A stretch of DNA of 64,000 nucleotides from an uncultured delta proteobacterium (GTDB taxonomy: Bacteria > Desulfobacterota > RBG-13-43-22): the NCBI GenBank assembly GCA_963802945.1, contig CAWDKY010000032.1, positions 1-64,000 on the forward strand, in the 5' to 3' direction. The notes below the pieces were generated by a model. The model saw only the letters and a program-made list of their open reading frames with translations, had not been told where the DNA came from and made no database searches. Below are positions 49,675 to 58,848 of this stretch, one piece after another (the stretch's first letter is position 1; each line of letters begins with the position of its first letter). A program made the translations under genes and the position numbers.

Positions 49675-50169
49675 ATGACTAAAACCGAACAAAATTTACA
49701 AGAAGCCTTTGCCGGCGAATCCCAGGCCAACCGTAAATATCTGGCCTTTGCCAAACAGGCCGATCAGGAGGGTTACCCCCAGGCGGCCGAACTGTTCCGG
49801 GCTGCGGCCGAAGCAGAAACGGTTCATGCCCATGCCCATTTGCGCGCCTTGGGAGGGATCAGGAAGACAGCGGAAAACTTGAAGGAGGCCATCTCGGGGG
49901 AGACCCATGAATTTAAAAAGATGTACCCGGGTATGATTGAGACCGCCAAGCAAGAAGGCCATAAAGCGGCTGAAAGAAGTTTTTCCTATGCCAATGCCGT
50001 TGAAGAAGTCCATGCCAATCTCTACCAAAAGGTCCTTGACAACCTGGAAAACAAGAAACCGGTCGATTATTATGTCTGTTCGGTGTGCGGGTATACTTGT
50101 GAAAATGGACCTCCGGAAACCTGCCCGGTTTGCGGCTCCAAGGCCAAGGCCTTTTCTAAAGTTGATTAA
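49675..50169 (+). CDS. rbr: Rubrerythrin
   Basis: AFAGESQAN, ETVHA, EEVHA, CSVCGY and CPVCG. Confidence 0.95.
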   Translation: MTKTEQNLQEAFAGESQANRKYLAFAKQADQEGYPQAAELFRAAAEAETVHAHAHLRALGGIRKTAENLKEAISGETHEFKKMYPGMIETAKQEGHKAAERSFSYANAVEEVHANLYQKVLDNLENKKPVDYYVCSVCGYTCENGPPETCPVCGSKAKAFSKVD

Positions 50170-50210
50170 ATTTATTCATTGAAGCAGGGCAAAGGAATCC
50201 TTTCGAATTT

Positions 50211-51305
50211 ATGCGACAACAACTGATCATCTTCCTTTCCATTGCCCTGCTGATTTATTTTGGGCTCCATAGCCTCCTTTTTTCTCTCTTCATAAAATTT
50301 TTCAATCCCAGGAGGGCTACTCAATTTGAATTGGCCTTCCTTCTCTTGTTTCTGGCTTTATGTTTCATTACGGCCTTTATCTGGGCCCAATTCAGCAGTC
50401 ATAGCTTTATCCGGTGGTTCTATTATTTTTCGGCCATCTGGTTTGGTGTTCTGATTAATCTATTGCTCATTTTCGCTGCCGGACTTTTGGTGATGACTAT
50501 CCTTCAATGGCTTTCCTTGAGTATAAACCAACGAGCCTTCGGCGTCTTTCTGTTGGTTCTAACGGCTCTATATACCTCCTATGGTCTTTATCACGCCACT
50601 CAGTTAAAAACAAAACTCCTATCCATCCCCATTAAAAATTGCCCCAGGGAATGGCGAGGCAAAAAAATCGCCCAGCTATCGGACCTCCATCTGGGCATTA
50701 TAAACGGAGAAGGATTAACTCGAAAAATCCTTTCAAAAATAATTGAACAGAAGGCTGACTTCGTTTTTATTACCGGTGATCTTTTCGACGGCACAGGAGA
50801 CGATCTCTATCAGTCCATTGAACCTTTAACTCAATTAAAAGTTCCGATTTATTATATCACCGGCAATCATGAAACCTACTTGGGTATCGATAAGGCCGTA
50901 TCGGCTATTGGAAAAACAAAAATTAAATTATTGCGCGACGAGATCGTTGACCTTGGCGGGATTCAGTTGATCGGTATCGATTACCCCCCGAGAGGATGGA
51001 GAAAAGATATTACACCCATTTTGGAGAAAATCGACCAAACTAAACCCAGCATCCTCCTCTATCATGAGCCTGCCCAGGTTGAAACGGCCCAACGATTCAA
51101 TGTCTCTTTGCAGCTTTCAGGTCATACCCATAACGGACAGATGTGGCCCATGAAAATCTTCACACATTTCATCTATAAGGGATTGGATTACGGGTTTCAT
51201 CAAACAGGAGATTATTGCCTTTACACCAGCAGCGGGGCCGGCACCTGGGGTCCGCCCATGCGCATAGGCAGCACCCCGGAAATCGTCATCATAACCGTTA
51301 AATAG
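50211..51305 (+). CDS. Membrane-anchored metallophosphoesterase (YaeI/YkuE-like)
   Basis: SDLH, TGDLFD, GNHE and SGHTHNGQ. Confidence 0.92.
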   Translation: MRQQLIIFLSIALLIYFGLHSLLFSLFIKFFNPRRATQFELAFLLLFLALCFITAFIWAQFSSHSFIRWFYYFSAIWFGVLINLLLIFAAGLLVMTILQWLSLSINQRAFGVFLLVLTALYTSYGLYHATQLKTKLLSIPIKNCPREWRGKKIAQLSDLHLGIINGEGLTRKILSKIIEQKADFVFITGDLFDGTGDDLYQSIEPLTQLKVPIYYITGNHETYLGIDKAVSAIGKTKIKLLRDEIVDLGGIQLIGIDYPPRGWRKDITPILEKIDQTKPSILLYHEPAQVETAQRFNVSLQLSGHTHNGQMWPMKIFTHFIYKGLDYGFHQTGDYCLYTSSGAGTWGPPMRIGSTPEIVIITVK

Positions 51306-51361
51306 GGGACTGTTTTCGTTGAAACCGGAGTCGGAAAAAGTTCGTCCTTGGAACAAAGACC

Positions 51362-51805
51362 TCACGAATCCCAGAGGATCTTCGGGGAGCGACTCGCCTT
51401 CACCCGGCTTCGTCTCTTTTTTTCAGCAATCCTTTCCTCCTGGACTCTGCGGGAAAGCCGGGTCTTTTTTCTGAACCGGGGTTTGGTTAAGGCCTGCTCT
51501 ATCAGTTCAACAAAACGCTGTAAGGCCAGTTCCCGATTGCCGACCTGACTGCGGGTTTGTTGGGCGTTGACCCAAAGGATCCCCGCTTTATTAATACGGG
51601 TGGGGAGCTTTTTAAGGAGCTGCTGTTTTTCTTCTGCTGAAAGGGAAGGCGACTTGAGGACATCGAACCAGAGGGTGATGCGGGTACTGACCTTGTTGAC
51701 GTTCTGTCCCCCGGCTCCACTGCTTCGGGAGGCGGTAAAATAAAGTTCCCCTTCGAGAATAAAAAGCCGGTCGGTAATTTTAATGCCCCGTTGTTCTGAT
51801 CCCAT
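51362..51805 (-). CDS. arfB: Alternative ribosome rescue factor ArfB
   Basis: SSGAGGQNVNKV, RSQ..NR and a basic C-tail. Confidence 0.93.
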   Translation of the reverse strand: MGSEQRGIKITDRLFILEGELYFTASRSSGAGGQNVNKVSTRITLWFDVLKSPSLSAEEKQQLLKKLPTRINKAGILWVNAQQTRSQVGNRELALQRFVELIEQALTKPRFRKKTRLSRRVQEERIAEKKRRSRVKASRSPKILWDS

Positions 51806-52083
51806 CCTATTTTCTTATCCTTACGTCCGAAACGGCTCGGATTATCCTTAAAGCCGTTGGAACTTTTTGGTTTTTGGGCGCTTGTTACAGGATAGAGCGA
51901 TTTTCCTGAAAAGCCAATATATCACTGCATCTTATCCGCTTCAACTATATAAAAAGCCAATATATTGAAAATATTTTTTGACAAAACTCTTCATAATTGA
52001 TTAAAAATATAAAATAAATTTAACAGGGCCATAGGGTTTGGGGATTTCAGGAAGTTTTTGGTTTCAGGAAGGCGCCATTCGAA

Positions 52084-52242
52084 TTCGGGGCCGGGGCCGA
52101 ATCCCGCTGCGGTCTCTTGGTCTGGCCATGGTCGGGGGGGCTGGTGTTTTCCCAGCTTTTGACCCTCTATATCACACCGGTCTTTTTTGTCTACATGGAG
52201 TCCTTTCATAAAAAATTAAGACAGTGGAGAGAAAAAAAGTGA
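52084..52242 (+). pseudogene. C-terminal remnant of an RND (AcrB/MdtBC-type) efflux permease
   Basis: Hand translation across two indels gives [51 protein letters not shown]. Confidence 0.8.
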
Positions 52243-53030
52243 GTCCTACAAAAAAACAGAAACGGTTTTATCTCGGGCTAAGCCTTTTTATTTTCTTTTC
52301 GATCTCGGCCTGTGTTCAAGCCCCTTTAAACACCGTCAACCAGGTTTCGACTATTGACGCCTTACTGGCTGGCTCCTATGAAGGACAGATGTCCTTGGAG
52401 AAACTGCTGACCTATGGGAATTTTGGCATCGGGACTTTTGAGAACCTGGATGGAGAGATGGTCCTATTGGACGGCCGTGTTTATCAAGTCAAGGCCGATG
52501 GAAAGGTCTATCGTCCACCCCTGGATTTATCGACCCCCTTTGCTTCGGTGGTCCAATTTAAAGCAGATTATAGCTTTCCGATCGACAAAGAAATGGATCT
52601 TAAAGGCCTAGAAAAAATGATCGAAGATACGATACCCAACAAGAATCTGTTTTATGCCATTAAAGTGAAAGGGATCTTCCAGACCATGAAGACCCGAAGT
52701 GTTCCGGCCCAGAAGAAACCCTATCCTCCTCTGGCCGAGGTGACTAAAAACCAACTTATTTTTTCCTTCGAAACTATTTCCGGAACGGTGGTTGGATTCA
52801 GATCGCCGGTATTTGTGAAAGGTGTTAACGTGCCGGGCAATCACCTCCATTTTATCTCCGATGATTTTAAATCAGGAGGGCATGTTCTGGATTTTCGACT
52901 GCAAAAAGGAATCATTGAGATTGACCGTTGCCATCAATTCTTCATGATCCTGCCTGAAAAGGAAGGCTCATTTAGTCAGGTTGACCTTGGCCGTGATCGG
53001 ACTGAGGAGTTGGAAAAAGTGGAGCACTAA
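52239..53030 (+). CDS. budA: Alpha-acetolactate decarboxylase with lipoprotein-type signal
   Basis: QVSTIDAL, GIGTF..LDGEM, TPFA, HLHF and GGHV. Lipobox-like ISAC. The GTG start overlaps the remnant's TGA. Confidence 0.88.
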   Translation: MSPTKKQKRFYLGLSLFIFFSISACVQAPLNTVNQVSTIDALLAGSYEGQMSLEKLLTYGNFGIGTFENLDGEMVLLDGRVYQVKADGKVYRPPLDLSTPFASVVQFKADYSFPIDKEMDLKGLEKMIEDTIPNKNLFYAIKVKGIFQTMKTRSVPAQKKPYPPLAEVTKNQLIFSFETISGTVVGFRSPVFVKGVNVPGNHLHFISDDFKSGGHVLDFRLQKGIIEIDRCHQFFMILPEKEGSFSQVDLGRDRTEELEKVEH

Positions 53031-53046
53031 TTCAAAAAGGATTCAA

Positions 53047-53190
53047 GGGATCAGTGGCGCCTTTGGGATAATACCTTTCGTCGCCGTCTATCCATATCAT
53101 TTCCTTCGATGCCTTGTCCTGCAAGACCATCATGGTTCCCCTGAGTAACACCCCTAAAGAACCTCTGATGAAGAAATAGACACAAGCCTG
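53047..53190 (-). pseudogene. Degenerate internal copy of the PNPOx-like gene at 56016-56162
   Basis: Identical run CGCCTTTGGGATAATACCTTTCGTCGCCGTCTATCCATATCATTTCCTTCGATGCCTTGTCCTGCAA, then diverged sequence with small indels. Confidence 0.9.
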
Positions 53191-53621
53191 GTAGGGTCGT
53201 GAGGGCAAATCTTCAGTTATGACATTTCCGATGGATGAATATTTTCCTTATTTTTCTCTTTATATAGAAAGATATAGTGAGGAACGTTTGTACTTGTTAA
53301 GGTAAGTCAAGGTATAGAAGGTACAAGAAAAAGGTCGATTTTCAATAACGTCCCCATTTATGCATGATTATGTGTTCTGACCAATGTTGTGGTGACGGAC
53401 AGTGTCAAGATAAATCTTCTTGCGACTTACAAATGGGTGCTATTATGAAGTGCAAAGGTCAGATTATGATTTGAACTAAACAAGCTACTTACCAGAAAAT
53501 GAGGCGGTCAGAATATTAGCCAGGAAGATAGTGATGAGGACCATCTGATAGTTGCTCTGTTTCAGCTTAATCAATAGGTTCATAGTAGACCTAAGGGGTT
53601 CCGGCATTGGTTCGATGATAT

Positions 53622-53668
53622 CCTCCCCTCCTAACCCTCTCCACCGGGGGAAGGAAAGGGCGGGGATG
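53622..53668. repeat. C-rich/G-rich REP-like palindrome just downstream of the SBP gene
   Basis: CCTCCCCTCCTAACCCTCTCCACCGGGGGAAGGAAAGGGCGGGG. Confidence 0.6.
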
Positions 53669-53688
53669 CTTTATCGGACCAAAATAAA

Positions 53689-54930
53689 TTATCGCTTCTC
53701 CCAACTGGGGAAAGGATAAATAAGCTGGGAAGTTGAAAACTCAAAGGGCCAGATGACCTGTTGCTGCCCTTTCTGCCACTGGAGGATCTTCTGTTTAGTG
53801 AACCCTTGATGTTTAATTATATGGCTCGGCTCTATGGTCAGAGTTTCTCCGATAGGGGAAATATACTTCGTTTTTTCAAGCGCCTCGATTAAGGCCGCTT
53901 TATCCAGAGTTCCGGCTTTTTTAATACCCTCGGCTACGAAATAAATATTCGTGTAGGCCAAGGGAGCAAAATAAGTAGCCGGTTCCTGATTGTATTCTTT
54001 GATGTAAGCCTCCCAGAAATGTTTACTCACCGGGCTTACCTCTTTGATGGAAGGCGCCCACATACCGTATAGAACGACTCCCTCTGCCAACGGGGATTTT
54101 CCAAAAACAGCCGGCCATCCTGGAGTAGTCCCTATAAAGATTGGAGGAGCAAATTGAATCTCCTTGCTCTGCTCTATAATGGGTAGCGCATCGGCGCCAT
54201 ACCCGGTCCATAGGAAAATATCCGGTTTGGCTTCTTGAGCGTGCCGGAGGATGGCGCTATAGTCTCCGCCGCCTCGCGCCGCACTCTTGAAAGGTTCTCC
54301 CTCAAGTGTCCGTAATTTTCCTTCAATTGTCTTCCAGTCCTTAAACTGAGCTTTACCCGCGTTGAATGAAGCGCTGCCGTAGGCTTCTTCTTCATAGGCC
54401 TGAAACCATTTGTCTATTTTAATCTCAGGATGGTTTTTGTTGATCGCTGTCCAGCCTTCCAGATAACTCCCTTCCTGTTGGTAATCCCAGGGATGAAGGT
54501 GAAAGTACCAATCGGCAGCCTTACCCACAGCCTGCTCACAACGAGAGGATGCAGCGCCTATCCAAACGGTTACCTTTGCGTATTTTTTCATAATCGGGAT
54601 TTCGCCCAGATGTACACCACTGGACATGCCCCCGATGAGTACATCAACTTTGTCCACAGTGACCAGTTTCTCCACCGCGGCCGCTCCTTTTATCGGCCTC
54701 ATTTCATCATCGATCACGACCAGTTCGACCTGACGTCCCAGGAGACCGCCGGATTTGTTGATTTCTGTTACGGCCAACTTCATGGCTTTGGCCCCTTGCT
54801 CTCCGGTAATATCGGCCAAAGGGAGAATGGCTCCGAATTTGATGGGGCCTTGAGCAAATACTGCCGGGACCATTAGCAAGACTGAGATGAAAATAGCCAC
54901 ACACTGCCGTAAAATTTTTCGATATTTCAT
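53689..54930 (-). CDS. LivJ-type ABC substrate-binding protein (orphan)
   Basis: Signal peptide, IKFGAILPL, EINKSGGLLGRQVEL and ILQWQKG. Confidence 0.9.
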   Translation of the reverse strand: MKYRKILRQCVAIFISVLLMVPAVFAQGPIKFGAILPLADITGEQGAKAMKLAVTEINKSGGLLGRQVELVVIDDEMRPIKGAAAVEKLVTVDKVDVLIGGMSSGVHLGEIPIMKKYAKVTVWIGAASSRCEQAVGKAADWYFHLHPWDYQQEGSYLEGWTAINKNHPEIKIDKWFQAYEEEAYGSASFNAGKAQFKDWKTIEGKLRTLEGEPFKSAARGGGDYSAILRHAQEAKPDIFLWTGYGADALPIIEQSKEIQFAPPIFIGTTPGWPAVFGKSPLAEGVVLYGMWAPSIKEVSPVSKHFWEAYIKEYNQEPATYFAPLAYTNIYFVAEGIKKAGTLDKAALIEALEKTKYISPIGETLTIEPSHIIKHQGFTKQKILQWQKGQQQVIWPFEFSTSQLIYPFPSWEKR

Positions 54931-55026
54931 CTGATGAGTTCCTCTTTTGTGATTGTTGGGATTTTATATTCTTTCCATCCAAAAGTTAATTCTTTTCAAA
55001 TCATCGCCTTTATGTTGTGTTCCGAA

Positions 55027-55770
55027 TTATTTAGTGATTATTACAACCAGCCCAGTAGCGTTCCATGCAGGGCTATCAATGGTCCCTATTCCTGAAAAAA
55101 ATGAACCATTATCCAAAGATTTTCTACCAACTTGGAAATCGATAACCGCATTACCTCCCATTTTTAGCACAGCATTACGGAGTTCATACTTAAGGGTTTC
55201 GGTTCTATAATCAATGTCCTTTTGTTTTCTTGAACTGTGATCCTTTAAAAACCAACAGGGGTAATTCCAAGGCCCTAAGAAGTTGGGAATTGTAATAAGA
55301 AAAGGAAAGACTGGGGCATAGCTTTGAAAATTCATTGCCTTGCAGTATTTATTCAACCGGCTTATATCTCGATTGTTAACGTATAGGTAATTATTGATCC
55401 AGATTAACGGAGATGTTTCTTCGCCCTGTACAAGATTAATGTCAACTTTGCCTAGGGTTACGATTTTATTTTCAAATTCTTTTAATACCGAGGCGTTGGC
55501 AATTCTGAATAAATCTTTATCCTTAACAAGTCCTTCTCGATACACCCCTTCTTCTTTTAATACTTTGATTAAATCTTCATCCTTAACAATTCCTTCGGGA
55601 TAGGCCCCTTCAAATATTTCTATGTTTTCAATCTTGAAATTTGAGTCGGGTTTAATATTTTGGGATTGGCCGGCTTCAAATTTTGTGAGTTTGATGTCTG
55701 TTTTTGGGAGGTGCCCGCATCCCACCCATAAAGGCAATAAGAGTACGATAGCGATTAATTGTCTTTTCAT
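55027..55770 (-). CDS. Hypothetical lipoprotein
   Basis: GGAGGAG RBS, lipobox-like WVGC, and a YbjQ-like LKMGGNAVIDF near the C-terminus. AT-rich. Confidence 0.75.
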   Translation of the reverse strand: MKRQLIAIVLLLPLWVGCGHLPKTDIKLTKFEAGQSQNIKPDSNFKIENIEIFEGAYPEGIVKDEDLIKVLKEEGVYREGLVKDKDLFRIANASVLKEFENKIVTLGKVDINLVQGEETSPLIWINNYLYVNNRDISRLNKYCKAMNFQSYAPVFPFLITIPNFLGPWNYPCWFLKDHSSRKQKDIDYRTETLKYELRNAVLKMGGNAVIDFQVGRKSLDNGSFFSGIGTIDSPAWNATGLVVIITK

Positions 55771-55895
55771 CCACTCCTCCTGTTTAATGGTTTGACGATC
55801 ATCTATTATGACTGGTAATATACACAATTTTAGAACTTATTGGAAATGAAGAATTCAGCAAGAAGTCAACATCAAACTTGACAAGGCCTGTAAAG

Positions 55896-56354
55896 TCAAA
55901 TCCTGACTTTCACCGATGATTTGTCAAGGTGTTTTTTCTCGACTTCAAAATTTTCAGACTTGAAGTTACTGTAATATCGGCCGTTCTGAGCAGTGAACTT
56001 AAGCACGCAGTAATCGGGATCGGTGACGCCTTTGGGATAATACCTTTCGTCGCCGTCTATCCATATCATTTCCTTCGATGCCTTGTCCTGCAAAACCTCC
56101 ATGGTTCCCCTGAGCATGACACCCCTAAAGAACCTCTGGTCGAAGAAATAGACGCAAGCCTTGGGATTGGCATTGTATTGCTTGACTCTCATCGACGAGG
56201 TGTTCGTGGTAAAGAACAAATGCTTGATACCTTCTCTCTTCCGTGGAGGAAGCATGGCCTTCGAATTGGGAAAACCCGCTTTATCGACTGAGCTGATAAT
56301 GGAAACGGTCACCTTGTCGATCAGATTTCCAATGGTCTTTTCAGAATCTCTCAT
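55896..56354 (-). CDS. Pyridoxamine 5'-phosphate oxidase-like (general stress protein 26 family)
   Basis: GFPNSKAM, FTTNTSS and YYPKGVTDPDY. Confidence 0.88.
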   Translation of the reverse strand: MRDSEKTIGNLIDKVTVSIISSVDKAGFPNSKAMLPPRKREGIKHLFFTTNTSSMRVKQYNANPKACVYFFDQRFFRGVMLRGTMEVLQDKASKEMIWIDGDERYYPKGVTDPDYCVLKFTAQNGRYYSNFKSENFEVEKKHLDKSSVKVRI

Positions 56355-56393
56355 GGTCTCGCCCTTCTTTAGATTTGAATACCTGTTAAAAGT

Positions 56394-56527
56394 CGTCACA
56401 CCGGCCCCGCATCAAGTGCGGTGTAGGCTCCAGCCGGTGTCCAGGGAATCCTTAACTCTCGAAAATACTGGATGACGGCTTTGATGGCGCTGTCCGCTAT
56501 TACGACACAGTCTCTTCGCCGGAATGA
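56394..56527. repeat. Composite REP-like element
   Basis: GTCACACCGGC..GCCGGTGTCCAG..CTGGATGACGGC..TTCGCCGGAATGAC with inserted hairpins. Confidence 0.6.
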
Positions 56528-56631
56528 CCCCAATAAGTGTTCGGTGACTTTCCACATTCCATCAAATATTTTCAAGGGAGAAATAACATTCGTATTTATC
56601 CGTGTGGGATCGTAGTCAAAACTAAATTTGA

Positions 56632-56988
56632 TTAAGCTCTGTATTCCACAATGACCTCGGACTCAAGATTAAATGATGGTGTATGAACCAGGATCATCTT
56701 CACCGGTTTCGGACTATTGTTGGAGTATGAGAAATGCTGCCCCCGTTTAATAACGCACAAATCCCCGGCATTGAGGATTATAGGATCACCGTCAATCTGA
56801 AACGAAATATTTCCCGATATCAGGTAATAATACTTGTCGGATCGTTTCGACCAGGCTTCCGGGTGACTCGCCCCGCCGGGGACAACGATTTCAGCCACGG
56901 ATGAACTCCCCTCAAACCTGGCCGTGTAATCGCGTATCTCCAAGCCATAAAAATCAAATGGGATAATCTCTGCTTGTCTGACAATCAC
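56632..56988 (-). CDS. Cupin-domain protein
   Basis: YYYLISG, LNAGDLCVI..GQHF and VHTP. Confidence 0.85.
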   Translation of the reverse strand: MIVRQAEIIPFDFYGLEIRDYTARFEGSSSVAEIVVPGGASHPEAWSKRSDKYYYLISGNISFQIDGDPIILNAGDLCVIKRGQHFSYSNNSPKPVKMILVHTPSFNLESEVIVEYRA

Positions 56989-57117
56989 AGTTGTCCTCTC
57001 TCCTGTTTCAAATATTTGTCTAACAATATAGACCTGACCCTATAACCCAAAATACTTCTCAAAAGGAGTATGTCAAGGAATTTTATCAGGGACGAGGGCA
57101 AAATCGAGATTCAAAAC

Positions 57118-57930
57118 CTATTGAATCAAGCGGCGGACCATCAGGCGTATGGCTAAGGGAAGGGTTATCAGGCAGAAGACCAGGAGATACAAAAGGCTCC
57201 AGAGTAGTTGCGGAGAAAGGACATTCAAGGCCAGGGCGCGGGTCAGTTCCACGATATGGGTCAGGGGAAAGATCCAGGCCAGGATCTTGGCCCAGAAAGG
57301 AAGCTGATCCAAAGGGAAAAAGGTGCCGGAAAAAAGAAACATGGGGGTGATGAAAAGAAAGACCGGGAAATTGAAGGCTTCGATGGTGGGCATCAAGGCC
57401 GTAAAGCACATGCCCGCAGCCGCAAAGGCCAGCCCTCCAATCAGGGAGACCAGAAGTATCCCCAGAGACCAGGGATAAGCCAGAAGTCCGAAAAATGAAA
57501 GGATGATCATCATCAAGACCGTAGCCATCAAAGAACGACTGGTGCCCCAGAAGATTTCGCCCAGGATAACCTCTTCCGCCGTCAATGGCGTGGCCATAAT
57601 GGCGTCAAAAGTTTTTTGATAGTACATCCGCACATAGGAGGCGTAGGTGGTTTCAAAAAAGGCGTTCTGCATGATATTGATGGCCAGAATCCCCGGGGCA
57701 ATAAAGGCCGCATAACTGATCAGCCGTCCGGCGAAGTTCAGTTGCCCCACCAGGTAACCTAATCCCGCCCCAAAGGCCAAAAGATAAAAAATCGGTTCTA
57801 AAATCGGAGGCAGGAAATTGATCTTCCAGGTCTTGATATAAACATCCCAATTGCGCTGCCAGACACGGATAAAACGCCAAGTGATTTTGGTCGGAATATC
57901 GAGCCCGGGGTTCGAAGCGATGAGGTTCAT
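57118..57930 (-). CDS. ABC-2 type permease (NodJ-like)
   Basis: EPIFYLLAFG, YAAFIAPG and PMFLFSGTFFP. Confidence 0.9.
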   Translation of the reverse strand: MNLIASNPGLDIPTKITWRFIRVWQRNWDVYIKTWKINFLPPILEPIFYLLAFGAGLGYLVGQLNFAGRLISYAAFIAPGILAINIMQNAFFETTYASYVRMYYQKTFDAIMATPLTAEEVILGEIFWGTSRSLMATVLMMIILSFFGLLAYPWSLGILLVSLIGGLAFAAAGMCFTALMPTIEAFNFPVFLFITPMFLFSGTFFPLDQLPFWAKILAWIFPLTHIVELTRALALNVLSPQLLWSLLYLLVFCLITLPLAIRLMVRRLIQ

Positions 57931-58847
57931 TCGCGAAGCCCCCGGCCGGTAAATTTTAAGAACACATCTTCCAGAGTGGCCATCCGCAGAGTACAACCGC
58001 TGGTGCAATATTCATCGGAGATTTGACGGAACAATTTTTCTCCTTCCCGGGTCGGGATCAGCAAGAGGTGCGGGATTTGTTCAAAAGGGATCTGTTGAGC
58101 CTTGAGAAAATCCATCAGCGGTTGGCCTGGATTTTCCACCTCGATCACATTCCCGCCGATATGCTGCAGGATGAGGGAAAGAGGTTTCCCCTCCACCAGG
58201 ATATGCCCCTGATCCATAATCACCAGGCGGTCACAGATCTGTTCGGCCTCGTCCATATAATGGGTGGTCAGCAGGATACAAAGCCCCTTGGCCTTGAGCT
58301 GCCTCACCTGTTCCCAAACCTGGTGTCTGGACTGGGGGTCCAGTCCGGTAGTGGGTTCATCCAGGATCAACAGATCAGGATTATGGATCAAAGCCCGGGC
58401 AATGACCAGACGGCGCATGAGCCCGCCGGACAGCTCAGGAATCAGGGCCTGCTTCTTATTGGTCAAGCCCATAAAGGTCAGCCATTCTTCGGCCCGCTGG
58501 CGGGCGATATTCCTGGGCAGATTAAAATAGCGGGAATAAACCATCAGGTTTTCCCAGACAGTAAGATCCGGGTCGAGGTTGTTTTCCTGCTGGCAGACCC
58601 CGGTCCTGGCTTTGATTTCCCGGAAGTGTGTTCGAATGTCTTTTCCAAAAACCAGCAGACGCCCGTCGGTTATGGGAGAAAAGCCATAGATCATGCGGAT
58701 CGTACTGGTCTTGCCAGCGCCGTTGGGACCTAGAAACCCAAAGCACTCCCCGGCCTGGATCTCAAAGGAGATCCGATCCACGGCCACCATATCCGGGAAA
58801 CGCTTGGTCAGGTTTTCGGCTTTTATCACCGGATTCACGAAAGACAC
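57927..58847 (-). CDS. ABC ATP-binding protein (NodI-like)
   Basis: GPNGAGKT, LSGG, LDEPTTGLDP and TTHYM. Confidence 0.93.
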   Translation of the reverse strand: MSFVNPVIKAENLTKRFPDMVAVDRISFEIQAGECFGFLGPNGAGKTSTIRMIYGFSPITDGRLLVFGKDIRTHFREIKARTGVCQQENNLDPDLTVWENLMVYSRYFNLPRNIARQRAEEWLTFMGLTNKKQALIPELSGGLMRRLVIARALIHNPDLLILDEPTTGLDPQSRHQVWEQVRQLKAKGLCILLTTHYMDEAEQICDRLVIMDQGHILVEGKPLSLILQHIGGNVIEVENPGQPLMDFLKAQQIPFEQIPHLLLIPTREGEKLFRQISDEYCTSGCTLRMATLEDVFLKFTGRGLRE

Positions 58848-58848
58848 C

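Noticed and set aside
56989-57045. GTTAGAC (GTTRRRY) just upstream of the cupin gene, suggesting an integron cassette
   Set aside because: No RYYYAAC or attC hairpin after the stop codon, no repetition at neighbouring genes and no integrase.
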